NCBI GenBank assembly: GCA_965112155.1
Contig: OZ218104.1
DNA length: 64,000 nucleotides
Source: Podarcis liolepis
Taxonomy: Eukaryota
Strand: one strand, 5' to 3'
Part shown: positions 11,409 through 25,194 of the stretch, one piece after another
Numbering within the stretch: position 1 is the first letter of the stretch
Layout of the letters: the number at the start of each line of letters is the position of its first letter
The notes under the pieces: model-generated
Database searches by the model: none
What the model saw: the letters and a program-made list of their open reading frames with translations, nothing else
What the model was told of the DNA's origin: nothing
Position numbers and translations under genes: made by a program

Positions 11409-14371
11409 TACAGGTCATTGGCAGACAAATGGGGCAGAGAGCCAGCAAGGTCAAACGGATAATGAATGGAATTGTAAAGTTTTGTTTTTCCTACTCATCC
11501 TTTTATTGATGGCTTTTTCCTCTTTTCTTGCCTCATATATTTAGGTGCTGCTGTTTACACTGTTAATTTACAGGGTTTGGCTGTTAATGTTTCGCTAGCT
11601 TAGTTAACCAAGCCATGATTTATTCAATGAGGGTTTCTTAAACTATGGTTTGTTTGATCAACTGAATGCTGCCCGGTGGCTTAATTATGTTTAATGCAAA
11701 CAAACCACAATCTAAAGTCATGTTTTCATTGTTGACTTGCAAACCTTAAGTTTACTTTAATGATGGCTTGGCACTAGATGCAAAACCACCACCCTTCAGT
11801 AACAATGGTTTGTTTGGCCACATGTGGGGTACCTCTGGCCCTCTGGATGCTGCTGAACTATAACCCCCATCATGCCTAGTCACTGGCCATGCCTGCTAGA
11901 GCTGATGGGAGATGTAGTTCAGAAACATCCAGAGGGCCAAAGGTTTCCCACATCTGACCCAGATGCTCACTCAACTATAAAGCCACAAGGGGCAGGTGAA
12001 GCTAGAAAACAAAAGAAACTTTGGAGATACAGGCTATGGTTTCTTTGATCATCTGTGGGGAAGCTCCTGATAAACTTGTGGTTTGTTAAGGAAATCATGG
12101 CCTTCCCCAACTTGCTGCTCTCCATCTGTTTTGGACTACAGCTCCAGCCAAAACAGCTAAGCTGCAATGTGACAGTTTTACTCTTAAAAAGTGGGGTGTA
12201 AAGGCATTTAATAAATAATAATAACCATTAGATTTAGATCTGTGATCAAACCCCTGCTATAATTTTGGGATGTCACTCTCTCAGCCTCAGTTCCTCAACT
12301 TACCCCCATCTCAAAAAAATAAGAGAAAGCAACAACCTTGTTTAGAAAAATGACAGCTTTAGATCACACTCATACACTGAATACTGGATTTTTACCTATT
12401 ATTCTACAGCAAGGTGATTTCCAGTCCACAGGCCAATTTTGGCCCACCACAGGTCCAATATTGGCCCACAATGCTGTTTTCCCCAAACCACATCCACCCA
12501 CCCATCAACTGAAGTGCCTTGTTACATCAGCTGATGGGCAGGATGACGGGATATAATTCGACATTGGATGTGAGAGCAGGGAACAAGATAATGCAGTCAA
12601 GGCTGCAGGATTTAATCCCTGCTCATCATTCATTCATAAATATTATCTTAGCCCTTTGTTTTCTGCCTCTCCTGGGGCTTTCTTGATCACATCAAGCTCT
12701 ATAGCAAAAGCTCAAATTGTGACATGTTCCTCCCTATGGCAGCCCAAACAGGTTCTAGGGGAAGGACAGGAAACACCCTACTACTCCTTACCCCCCCCCC
12801 TTTTACATATGTATTGACTTAACCAGAAGATTTCATACACACCTGATTCCCCACATCAATATTCTAACATGGATGCCTATATACTTCATATTAACATAGG
12901 AAGCTGGGTCACCTCCTTGCTTACTGTGTTGTCTGATGGCTCTGGTTTCTGCTTTTAGTAAAGAGTGTTTTCGTTCCCTAGAGTTTCATCCACAAGTGTG
13001 CCATGTTTATTTCCATGGGATGAGGCGAGTCCTCTCTGTATTACCTGAGTCAGTCGTCCCAAACTTCGTGCCTTCTAGATGTCGCTAGACTCCCACTCTT
13101 TCCGGTCCTGGTCAGCATGACCAATGGGCTGGGGTGTTAGAAGCTGGAGTCTAACAACATCTGGAGAGTCACATGCTTCAGGAAGCCTGATCAAAACTAT
13201 ACCTATAGACCAATCCATTTCTGTCTCTGAAGTTCTACTTCCATGCATCCCCCAACACACACACACCAATCCCAGGTGCTATCTGGCCAAGTCCCTTCTC
13301 ATCGCTTTCTATTTATGCTCTTCCCTTCATATGAGATTGTAAGGTAGGGCTCCGCAAGCGATACAGTATAGAATTTCCTGCTATCATTCCCTTGTTTGTC
13401 AGAAACAAAAAGCACACTACACCTTACAATGTGAGTACATGTGCATTCAGAGTAGGATTGTGAAATCTACCACACACTCCCACTGCGAATTCTCAGCAGG
13501 TGAGCAGGAACAGGTGCAGTCTTGGAAGATCTGTTTACGTTTCACCCCTCCTTCTCCCCACACCCTCAAACCGCAGGTGTTGCATAGCCCTTCCCTATAT
13601 ACTGCCAGGCTGTGAGTGCTACAGACATTCTTTCCAAAAAGCTTATGGCAACCTGCTCTTGTTGGTTACATTCCCTTGCCTTTCTTCCTTCGTGGCATTC
13701 CATTTCTAAACAGCTCAGGTGAGTGGCTTTGTTGATATACCTTTGAACTGTGTTAAGAGACACATTGGGAAATACAGCACTGGCTTGGGCCACATATTCT
13801 CCACCTATCCTTTACAATATATGAAGCGGCCACAAAAAAAACTTTGCTTCAGAAAACTAAGAGTCCTAAAACCTGACCAGCATCTAGAGGGGAGGAACAG
13901 CTAGAAATCCCATGAACAGCTGTAAATTGCAGGGTGAACACTACACAAGTACCCACACCTACAGGCATGCAGTACTGTCTTACTACATGTTCATGCTTGG
14001 CCTGTGATGAGCTGTGCTGTGTACACGGCACATTTCCACAGGCTTATACAATGGATCCTTGATGTTTGGAATGGGAAAGAGTTACCAGGAGCATTGCAGA
14101 AAAGGTAGGACAGTTAAGAGTCTAAGTCACAGAATAGTCCTGCTCATGGTGGCCATGACAAAAGAACAGCAAACTCCACAGCCAATTAAAGACCTATCTT
14201 ATTCCTGATGTTACCCTGGAGGGTAACCTATTGAATAACAGAGGCTTGAGAGTTTAGGACTGCCTGTCTCTTTCTCTCTCACACACAAACTTCTTTATGA
14301 TGGTCTTATATGCTCCAAGTTTTAGTGCTGTGTCTTTGGAAAAGTTTCCTAAGATACTTACAACAGAGGTA

Positions 14372-14665
14372 CAGTGGTACCTCGCAAGACGAATGCCTTG
14401 CAAGACGAAAAACTCGCAAGACGAAAGAGTTTTTCGGTTTTTGAGTTGCTTCGCAAGACGAATTTCCCTATGGGCTTGCTTCGCAAGACAAAAACATCTT
14501 GCAAGTTTGTTTCCTTTTTCTTAAAATCGTTAATACCCACGATGGTGGAATGTGTGTGACAGACCTCAATGCATTCCTATGGGAAACCGTGCTTCGCAAG
14601 ACGAAAAATTCGCAAGACAAAAAAACTCGCAGAACGAATTAATTTCGTCTTGCGAGGCACCACTG
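14372..14665. mobile_element. Tc1/mariner-type MITE, family A
   Basis: TA|CAGTGGTACCTCGCAAGACGAA ... TTCGTCTTGCGAGGCACCACTG|TA. Confidence 0.9.
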
Positions 14666-15116
14666 TATAAGGAGAAAGGAAAGTGGCATCAGGAGGCCTA
14701 GCAAAGCAAGAGAAAGGAATAAGAGGCTGTATAGAGCCTGAATGCAAACCAGATCCATTCAGAAAAATAAAAGATCCAGAGCATGTGTGCCATGATCCAC
14801 TCCCAATTGGTAACAAATAGACAAGAATGAAACAATTATTTCCTGTATCTCAGCATAACACTTCATGCATTTGATGAAGTAGCCCTTGTAGACTTATACC
14901 ACAACAAATGTGCTAATCTAAGGACAAGTACAGACATTAAAAAGCAAAAGAAAAATGTGGAAAACTGAGTAATTTTATATATATATGCCTGGTGCTTTGT
15001 CTTCAGACTTTGCCCCATCCACACTGAGCTCATATCAATTACAACTGCAGTAAAAATCAAGGAAGGGCCTGGAGATGGAACAAGGCACAGTGCATACACA
15101 AAGAAGAGCCACTTAC

Positions 15117-15494
15117 CTATTAAGGGGTTGCTATTCCTATTCATTGGCTTGGGAGGTGGAACAGGGGGCTGCTTGGCTGGTGCTGCTGTGGTAGCATTCG
15201 TAGCAGCAGTAGTGCGAGCATTTGTGAAAGCAGAGGGCACAGTCCTAGGGGCTGGGGAGGGAGCAGTGGAAAAATTGACCCCTTTTGCTGTGCTGGTGGC
15301 AGCCGCAACTGTGGAGGGAGGCATAGTCCTTGCGGTGCTGCTGGGAGGGCCAAGATCCCTCGCCTGCACATTGCTCGTTTCCTGAGAGGAGGATGACAAA
15401 GGTCGTTTCGGGGGAAGCAGAGGCTGTTTAGGAGCATGGGAATCATGATGGTGGTGGTGCTCCACTTCTGAATTGGGATGGCCGTCCAAGGTTC
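15117..15494 (-). CDS. PHACTR4: PHACTR4 exon (G)TLDGHPNSE...PKQPLLPPKRP...KQPPVPPPKPMNRNSNPLI
   Basis: ttgcag|GAACCTTG...ATAG|gtaagt; 378 nt, phase 1-1. Confidence 0.93.
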
Positions 15495-16903
15495 CTGCAA
15501 TGAAACGTATTTTGCTTTTGTTTTCAGTGACATTATTACAATACCTAGAAAAGAACATCTCATCTCAGGGTAGCTCACTGTTTGATCATTATAGGGAGCA
15601 TCATTAAAGGGAGCCATACCTTTTAAAAGTACTGTTCTCTGCCCACTTGACATAAACCCATGAGCTTCCTTACATACGTGAAGGAGAGGGTTGTGGCATC
15701 TTAGAGACTAATTCATCTTTCTGCCGAGTATGAAGGTTTGGACCACAACTTACTTCCTATATAACATGGACCTTCTGCCTCTAATGTAGCTTTCTCGCCT
15801 GGGATCCTCCGGATATTTTGGATTCCAACTCTCACCAGCCCCAGCAAGCGCAGCCAAAGCATCTAGCAGCCACCAGGCTGAGGGGAAAGATTAGTGCCCA
15901 CAAAAGCATTGGCTACTGTAAACCAGCTGGCCTTAAGGTGCCTCACACCACTCTCTTTGGGTGGCTACAAGCCAAGAGCATATCCAGACAGTATGCTTTG
16001 CACTCCTGATTGGACACAGCAGCTGAAGGTTCCTACCCACGACACCTCCAGCACAGGGAGCCTAAAAAACTACCATAGACTGCATAGATACCATAGTCCG
16101 TACTGGTTTCTGCCAGCCATTGCCAACCAGTAATCGTCAGTACAGTGTTTAAGACCTTGCATGCCTCTGTGTGTGATACAGATCAAAACCAGCAACAGTT
16201 TCCCAGTTCCTGTATTTACAGCAAGGAAACTGTGCCTCTCCATACATTGTTGGACTCCATGATCCCTGACCGTTGGCTATGTTGCCTGGGGATGATGGGA
16301 GAGGGAATCCATCAATATCTGGAGGGCCTGAAGCGTCTCCATCCCTGATTTAGAACTTTAGCAGGGATATCCTGAAATTTAAGCATTTATGAAAATCAGT
16401 GAGTAGTATTATTAATATGCTAACCGTAGCTATGCTTTGCTCTAGTGATAGCATCACCTCATAGCACCCCAGGAGTCTCTTCAGGCACTCCGTACATGCA
16501 TATATGAACACACACCCTGCCATCACCAACTGTTTTGTGGCATGTTTGTACATGGCACATTTTTTGGAATGTTTTTAGGTTTCGTGTTCAAAATTAAACT
16601 TGCTTGTAAGCTGCCATCATATGAGATGGAAAGGGCTTAAACTAATAAGTGCCTCCACTTATCGGAAAACAGGAAGCAACCTTAAGCTGATTCAGATCTT
16701 TGGTTCATCCAGTTCAGTATTGTCTACACTGGCTGGAAGTGGCTCTTCAGGGTTTCAGACAGGGGGTTTCTCCTATTTCTACCTGGAGAGGCCAGGGATT
16801 GAACTGGGGATCTTCTGCTTGCAAGGCAGATGTTCCACCACTGACCTGGGACCCTTCCCCAATGAAACAGCAATAGAATTAGGTGATTTTAAACTCTGGA
16901 TTA

Positions 16904-17252
16904 GGGATGCGGGTGGCACTGTGGGTTAAACTACAGAGCCTAGGACTTGCTGATCATAAAGTCGGCGGTTCGAATCCCCGCGATGGGGTGAGCTCCCGTT
17001 GCTTGGTCCCTGCTCCTGCCCACCTAGCAGTTCAAAAGCACATCAAAGTGCAAGTAGATAAATAGGTACCACTCTGGTGGGAAGGTAAACGGCGTTTCCG
17101 TGCGCTGCTCTTGTTTCGCCAGAAGCGGCTTAGTCGTGCTGGCCACATGACCCGGAAGCTGTATGCCGGCTCCCTCGGCCAATAAAGCGAGATGAGCGCC
17201 GCAACCCCAGAGTCGGTCATGAATGGACCTAATGGTCAGGGGTCCCTTTACC
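16904..17252 (+). mobile_element. Sauria-type SINE, full length
   Basis: GGGATGCGGGTGGC head with B-box GGTTCGAATCC; same core; CCTTTACC tail; 13-bp TSD TAAACTCTGGATT. Confidence 0.92.
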
Positions 17253-17935
17253 TAAACTCTGGATTTAGTTGCTTTATTGAGGGAGCCCGCTTTAAATGAC
17301 AATGCTCATTTCTTCAGAATCTAGTTAGCCAGACCTGCTGCATTTGGGGACCCTTCTGCTCATTCTGCTAAGTGAAGCACTGAACTTCTACCTCCTGCTC
17401 CAGCCCTGCCTTTATGGCACCACAGATTGAAGAGCATTCTAAAAGTGCTGAGTTTTTGCAAAGAGGGCCTCTTCCTAGTAGTCAGGAAAAGGATCCTATG
17501 CACTGTTCTCAATTTCCACCCAACAGTTCCAAAGAATTCTGATTAAGCATTAAACAATTGTCCCTGGAAAGGGGTGGGGAAGCTGCATTGGAAAGTCTTT
17601 ACAGTTATTTATGTGCTGTTTGTTGGAGGAAACTTAAAAGGTTTCTTCCAATTTCCAGACTAGAGTTCAAGGTGAAGGCTGGCACTCACCAGCAAAGCGT
17701 GGGCAGGAGGAGACAGAACGTCTGATAATAAGAGAGATAAATTGGGTGGGGCTAACCCCCTGGAAGTGAAGGTGTGAGTCGCTTGTGTTAGAAACTTGCG
17801 TGAGAATGAGGAAATCTTCATGGGTGGGTGTGCTCCACAGGAGAGACCCAAAACTGGTATTTTCACAGTGAAAGCCTGATAGTTAATGAAAAACACTTCT
17901 CAGAGAGCCACCACTCCTGCATCCCAGTTTCTCAC

Positions 17936-18100
17936 CTTGTGATTTCTTCAGCTCCTCTAATGGAACAGGCTTCTTAAGGCTTGTTCTTTTTCCAGTCTCT
18001 TCCTCCAAGTGTGCAAGGTTGACAATCCCAGAACCGTCAATGGGGATAGTGTGTCCATTTTTCAAGGCATCGTGGCTGAGTTTGTCTGGCTCCTCCTCAT
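17936..18100 (-). CDS. PHACTR4: PHACTR4 exon (D)EEEPDKLSHDALKNGHTIPI...LEELKKSQ
   Basis: aaaacag|ATGAGGAG...CAAG|gtgaga; 165 nt, phase 1-1; LKNGHT motif. Confidence 0.92.
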
Positions 18101-21100
18101 CTGTTTTGGTTGTGGGGGGAGATAGATTAAATAAATAAGAATTAAGGAAAGCACAGGCCTGAAGATCGAGGCAGGAAATTGGCCAGGAAGGAAAAGGTGC
18201 ACATACCATGTAGCAACAAGCCTGCCAGAAAAACACCGAGTCTGCAGGTGGTGGCTGAGGAATAAATATTGGTGGCTGGGATTTAAAGAAAGAAGGCACC
18301 TTTGAATATGCCTTAGCTGAGACTCCTGCACTGCAAGGGGTTGGACTAGATTACCCTTGAGCTCCCTTCCAACTCTACAATTCTATGATTCTGTGATAAT
18401 ATCTACAAGTAAAAAGGATTGATGAGTGGCGTTGTTAAGGTAAAATAACATCTGGTCCATTTGTCATGACACAGGTGGGGGAATCCCAAGTATAGCAGCT
18501 GGGGCAGCCCTTCTCGTTTTCTAGCACATTTTTCTTCAACACAGTCAAAAGGCTGAGGGCCCTATTTATTTAGACCTGACATGGGAAGCTTACAGAGGAA
18601 TGCAGTCACACTGCAACTGATGGAGCTATAGAGCCTAGGAGCTTTCATCTATTCTAATTAAACACCAGAGAAACTCAGAGACAGCAGCCAGCAACCCCAA
18701 AGAATTCATAATGTGCCTCTAGCCTTGACAAAGGTGGGAAGCTTTTCCCCACTGTCTGGGTTCAACAACTGGAGTCCAAAGCTTTCCCTGTTAGTGTTAT
18801 TCTCATTAGAAAAGAGCTAAGAGTCCCCTGGATAGCTACAATAAAGATCTATGATTCAAAGAGAATTTAATACAAAAGGTGGCATCCAATGTTAGCTATA
18901 CTCAGATTAGACCCATCAAAATTAATGAACATGGCTAACTTGGGTTCATTGATTTAAATAGGCCTACTCCGATTAGAACATAGTTAAATACAAAGCTAGC
19001 AGGATGCAGCCTATTGGTTATAATATCAAAGTGGTCCAAGATACAGGCATAAAGCATTATTTATTTTTAATTGACCTATTTGTGTTAAGGTTCAAGCATT
19101 TGTGCACAAATCCACAAGAGCCTTGCCAGGTATCTAATCTTTTCATCATTAATGGGGTCTAAACAGCAAGTGGTGGATAGATCAAAAGGCAAGCATCTGC
19201 CACCTCTTACTGGTTGGTTTGATAAAACATGGAAACTTTTAAGTTACGGGCAATATTTCAATCCAAATTAAAGGGATGTGTAACCTGCTCTGTTTCTAGA
19301 AAATTTTTTTCTATTTATTATGTACGTAGACTTGGCAAAAATATATATGCATAGAAGACCTTTGCATCCAAGTTCAATATTTATTTTGCACTGTGAAAGG
19401 AAATGGGGGGGGCAAAGGGAAATGCTAAAAGAAACTGCTCAAGAAATGTAAACTTTGCAGCTCTTGAACTTCAAATGTACAGGCAACAATGCTTCTCTAT
19501 TTTGTAGCCACTCTTAAAAAAAAACCTCTTAAAAATAAGTCAAACCAGGGGGGGGGGGGCAGGGAAAGAAGTGCAAGACCTTGAATGAACAGTCACATAA
19601 CACTGACTAGAAAAATACTTAATCTTATTCTGGTTTGGAGGGAACAAGTTTCCTCAATTGCTTTGCCAACTCATAAATTCACATTTTTTTTCATCCAATG
19701 ACACAGAATTGCACCCCAAAAGCACCTGCATACCCATCTGCCAGGGCCCTGTGTTGCAGGTCCCTTTAAACACGGTATTCTTAATGAAAGCACCCTGAGG
19801 GTTGTGCTAGGAAGTGATATAGAGAGAGACTTGAATAAATAACGTTCCACATCTTCCCATGTATTGTGCTTAATTCTTCTTGCACTGTCAGCATTTGGTG
19901 TAGCAGCCCAGGGCAAGGCCAGATCCAGAGGGTGGCAATGTCGGGCCTTTGCTAGAGCAGCAGAAGGTCTGCCACTCGTATCAGTGCTACCTTTTCCGAG
20001 AAAATCACACGCAGCCCCAACAGCCTAACTACACGTTGACATTAACACTGTGTGTTTTTAGAAAGGAGCCCAATTGTCATCAAGATTGCATCGCATGGGG
20101 AAGGGAGGTTTAAGCCTTCCCTCCTTGGCTATAATATATGTGAAAGTCACCACATTCACTCTCTGCCAATATGAGGGGCTGTTGTGTTTTCCCTAGCAGC
20201 AACTTTTGCACCTGGTAAGATCTCCTTCCTGCACTTAAAAAATAATAATAGCCAAAACTCACGCAGGAATTTTGCACATACCCCAAGCCAGAAAAATACA
20301 TATAAAAGAGGCAGTAAAGAGGAAGAGGAATAATAAAGTGTCAGTCATTCCCTCTAATGACAAGCGATATATTACTTTTTGAAGCACTGTTCTATTCACC
20401 TCTCTTCCTTGGATCTACTACTGTCTAATTATGTCAGCGAACGAGCAACGGCAGAAACAAGCCCCCAGTTCTCAAGGGGCTCCTCTTCTTACTCTACCTC
20501 CGATTTACCTCTTGACTCAATTTGTTCCAAGTTTGGTTTACTTTGGGCAACTGAGAGTGAGTTGTTGTGGTTTGCTTAAAAAAAATAATCTACGATAAAT
20601 TCAAGAAACAAACCCCCATTTAACATCGCTTGTGCCTGGAAGATTTTAAATGTTTTAAAATTGCCTGCCGTAGTTCAGCTTTATCTCTCAATGCACTTAT
20701 CACATTACACCAATGTACCCTTGAACCTCGCAAACATCAGTTGCTCAATCAACAGGTATACATACCATTAATTAGCAACAATTTTTGTCATATACTGTTC
20801 CGAGTTTTTGGTTTTCTGTGGGGGTTGATTTGGGCTTTTCTGCCACGCTACCCCCCACCCTGGTACTTTTTTCTGCTTCCAATTTCTCAGGATGCTTCAG
20901 TTTAAGGAGGAAATTAAGGCAGAAGTTCAGAGAATTATCCTGGCAACATATAAAGGCAATGGCTTTTGATGCAATGCCCTACAAAGGCAAAGCAAAAAGC
21001 CTCTGACATATGATGGCTTCTAAAACTGAAAGCTGATGAGAGAGAGTGAAGAAACGAGTCGTTTTTGTGAGGGGTGGTAGATGCAATGAAATATGTTCTT

Positions 21101-21494
21101 TGAAGACTAAAACCTATATGAATGGGATAAAGGAGCGTAGCAGTAACTAGGAAAAGGATCTGGAAGATAAGTTCAAGGTAGGAAGGTGCACAAACACCCT
21201 CCCACCTCTAAATTTGTGTGAATGTCCAAAGAACCCACATCTGGAATTAAAGTTCTCCAAGGGACAGACAGGAAGCACTAGCTCCTTCAAGCTCAATCAT
21301 TACAGTCCAGCCTTCTGCAACCTGGTGCCCTCTAGTTATTGGCAGACTCTGACTTGCATTAGCCCCAATCAGGATGCCCACTGGTCCAGGGACGTGTAGT
21401 AAGTCATTTAAAAAACTGTTCTGCATTGCTTTTTAAACTTTTTAAATGTTACTGTATGCCACCCTGATGTTTTGTGAGAGGGCTATATATAAAG

Positions 21495-21640
21495 GTGATG
21501 GACTCTCCTTCTTTGCTGGTTTTTAAGCAGAGGTTGGATGGCCATCTGTCATGGATGCTTTAGCTGAGATTCCTGCATTGCAGGGATTGGACTAGATGAC
21601 CCTCAGAGTCCCCTCCAACTATACAATTCTATGATTCTAA
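21495..21640 (+). mobile_element. CR1 3' fragment (shorter copy at ~18313-18396), nested inside a split palindromic MITE (~21308-21710)
   Basis: AAGCAGAGGTTGGATGGCCATCTG...TTGGACTAGATGACC...ATTCTATGATTCTA. Confidence 0.8.
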
Positions 21641-23477
21641 ATACTTAAATAACTAAATGGAAGTTGTAGGCCAACATCATCTGGAGGACACCAAGTTGGA
21701 GAAAGCTGCCTAGGTTTTATTTTTGCCAGCTGGGAGGGCTTCAAAAGCATGTTGCTGTCTCTCTTTCTTTCTAAAAATACACAGAGAGAGAGAGTTTATT
21801 CCTTCAGCAGAAAAATTAGTCCCTAAAACAAGGAGATTGAAACAAATCTGCGAAGCAGCTATATACTGTTCTTAACTCTAAATTGTAGAGGTTCAAAGTT
21901 ATTTTCAACCACCCATCAAGATATAAGAAGACTCATTCTAAAAATTTAGAAATTCCACTAAAATGGTTGTTCCCCTTCTACAGCTATCATCCTCCTCAAA
22001 CTGGATTACCAGAGGACACTCTGTGGTGCAGGAGGATAAGAGATTATGTGGATATGAAGTATAAAGGAAACTGGTCTTCTGTGGCTCCCACTTACAATTA
22101 GCCAGCTGTTGCCTAGGCACTCAAGTGTCTCTACCACAGGGCTGAGAGCAAAACAACCAGAATCAGCAGACTCTGTTCCAACAGCAAGGCTGATGTTATC
22201 TTTCTTCCCCTCCACCCATCTCTTTTAGAGTCAGAGGGGAGGGCTAGGAAAGGAAGGGGGACTAAGCTCTCATTCGATTGAGAACCTAAGAGGAAAGGGT
22301 ATTTCCTTTGCTATCTTTTCCTGTGGGCAGGGCTGGATTAACTATTATGCTAAGGCCTCTACAGAGTACGATTCAGTTTAATGGTTTGACTGCATGCAAA
22401 AAATGTGTCCAGCTTGCTCCTTGCAAAATTCCCCATAGCTGAGAACAGGGTGTCTTTCCCCACTAGCACAATGCAGAGGAGTACACTTCCTAGCTGGAAG
22501 AAAACAACACACTGAGCTTAGCCAGCCTGAACTTTTTCCTGCAGAAGACTGCAAGGGTGAGGTGCAGTGGCGTTAGGGAAGCTATGTTCATGGTGATGTA
22601 TTGGTCTGCACAAGTTTTTTTTTTAGTGTAAAAATCATGGCAGATGAGAGACAAAGATCTGCAAGCGTGAGAAAAAGACTCCTAGAACACGACTTTGCTT
22701 AGCCCCCCCTCCTGGGACTGTCCTTCAGCCTAGCCTAGAGGGGAGGAAGTCCGAGTTATTTGTACTCCAATTTGCTTCAGACCTTCCTGCCTCTAGTAAA
22801 AAGACAACCAATTATTGCCATGCCATACCCAAGCAGCCACACTTAAGCAGGGACTTGTCAGAGCATCTGCTTTAGAATATAAGAAGCTGCCTGATATTCC
22901 TGCTTGGTGATCCATCTAGCTTAGTATTTCCTACACTGACTGGCAGGAGCTATTCCAAAGTTTCAAACTCCCCACCCCACACACACTTCTGTTGAGCATT
23001 GATAAGCAATACATGCTCCTTTTGCCCAGACTTACCTGCAGATTTTCGGCATTGAACCTGGGACCTTCTTTATGCAAAGCCACTAGGCTATGCTTCTTTC
23101 TCTTTACCATATGCACATGAAATCCAAGAGAAAACCTTTACTACAGAGCTCACTACGTGAACTTTGGCAAGACACAACCTCCCAAGCTAAACTACCTCAT
23201 AGGAATGTGTTTGGGGCTAAAATGTCACACGGGGTCCCTTTGGGGAAGGGAACAAAATAAAACAGCTGTTCACCTCCAAGAATGAGCAATGTCTATAGTG
23301 GGAAAAGTTTAAAAGGCAGAACAAGGAGAAAGAATCACATGTAACTGATGGGGGTGGGGGTGGGGCAGAAATGGCAGGGTGGGGGGCTGCACACAGGAAT
23401 GGAATCCCAGAGGTGAGGTTTACTGGAGAGTCAGAATGGGCAGTGTAGGGTGGACAAAGGAAGACGGGTAAACTCAC

Positions 23478-23558
23478 CCTGTTCAAGGTCTTCCAACAGA
23501 ACCCCTCTTTTAATGAGCTCCTCTCTTGGCTTTCGCATTGAAATCTTTCGTTCTAAAA
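23478..23558 (-). CDS. PHACTR4: PHACTR4 exon (V)LERKISMRKPREELIKRGVLLEDLEQ (N-terminal RPEL)
   Basis: gtcag|TTTTAGAA...CAGG|gtgagt; 81 nt, phase 1-1. Confidence 0.96.
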
Positions 23559-24267
23559 CTGACATTACATTGGAGAAAAAAACCAGCACTCAGAATACAG
23601 GGCAAGTCGGAGATTTTGAAAAAAAAATCCTTTAAGACACCATATGTGGCCTAAGTGACTGTTTTTTTTTAGGGGTGAATGTTAAACTACTAGAGTCTCC
23701 AGACTGTTTGTGCTTATCTAAAACACTAGGAGGGACACAAACTATTTCCCCCAAACCATATCTCTGCAAGAAAAGGGGCTAGCAGCATCTTATTGCTAAA
23801 AGCACATAGCCTTTACTTTTCAGAAAAGTATTTCCCAAACGTCATTTCAAGGGAACCTCTGTCTGTGATTGTGCCTTGTTCAAGGCTTCAGTCCCTAATG
23901 TTTGACCAGTTTTGAGGGTTTCCCTAAATTTGTGAAAAGGAACATTTTCCATCCCACATCACCGTGTATGACATCTTTTACAGCTCCATTCCACCACCAT
24001 CACCACCAGCCTTCTCCAAACACTTAGGGGCCTCCATGACCATTATGTGATGAAGTACAACTTGAGAGAGACAGGTGCAGAAACAGCTGTTCCCTTGCAT
24101 GAGTGTAGATTACTTCTTAAATTTAAGTTTAAGATTTGATACGGGCCAATTCTGGAATTTTGCGAAAGCAGCTGAGAAAGGTGGGACCCAAGAAGGACAA
24201 ATCCATTCCATCGCAAAGAACCCTCATAGGCTTGGGAAGAAGGGGATACAAAAGTTTAGTGTATTAC

Positions 24268-24444
24268 CTTCCGAAGTCTCCTTAAACTTGCCACTGCTTT
24301 TCTTTTTTCTCCACTTCCAAGGTTTAAAGATCTTGCCAAAACCTGAAAACTTGCTTTTTCTCTTGGAAGGAGGTGTCGTGTCACCAGATTCCAGAACGTC
24401 AGCCCCCATTCCAGCATCTTGTGATGGCTGATCCACCTCCTCAG
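24268..24444 (-). CDS. PHACTR4: PHACTR4 exon (A)EEVDQPSQD...TPPSKRKSKFSGFGKIFKPWKWRKKKSSGKFKETSE (basic NLS-like region)
   Basis: tgtgtag|CTGAGGAG...GAAG|gtaata; 177 nt, phase 1-1; GKIFKPWKWRKKK is a PHACTR hallmark. Confidence 0.96.
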
Positions 24445-25194
24445 CTACACAGAAAGGAAATACAGAAATATTTAATTACCTGTACAGTGAAGAAATAAAT
24501 AAAGAAAAACTGTCTCTCTTGTTCTGTGTTAGGAAGATGCCTTATACCAGGTCAGACTATTTGTCCATCCAGACCACTATGATCTGGCAGCAGCTCTCCA
24601 GGATCTGAGACAGAAAGAGGTCTTTTGCATCACTGGCTACTTGAGCTTTTTAAGTAGAGATGTCAGAGACCTACTGCATACAAAGAATGACTTGCATACG
24701 AACCCATCTTTGTAGGCAAATCCACTTAGCTCAGCTGCTTTCTCTTAAAGGTTTTCTAGTGCTGCAGATCTAAAACTATTTTGCATTGCTTAATTCATAA
24801 TGGTCAGCTCTTGTCTTCAAACGTCTTTTAAAACAAAATATTTATTTTATTTCATTTATTTATTTTATAAGGACATTTATAAACTGCCAAGGAAAGGAAA
24901 GAATCATGGCGGTGTACCGTAAAATCATAAAAACATCATAATGGTGTAAAATCATTACATACAGAACAAAACGAGCAACACTTGGGGAAAAGCAAAAACT
25001 TTTTCAGCAGGTAAGGAAACATAATTGTAGGTGCCTGTTTGATTTCACTAGGAAGTGTTCCCAGTTATGGCACTGTATTTTACGTAAGCTGCCTTGCCTT
25101 AAAAGAAATGTTCTAAATAAATAAAACATTTTCAGATTCCATCTTTCCATCCTCAAAGCCAATCCTCCAACTGACCGACTAGCAGAAATTACCA

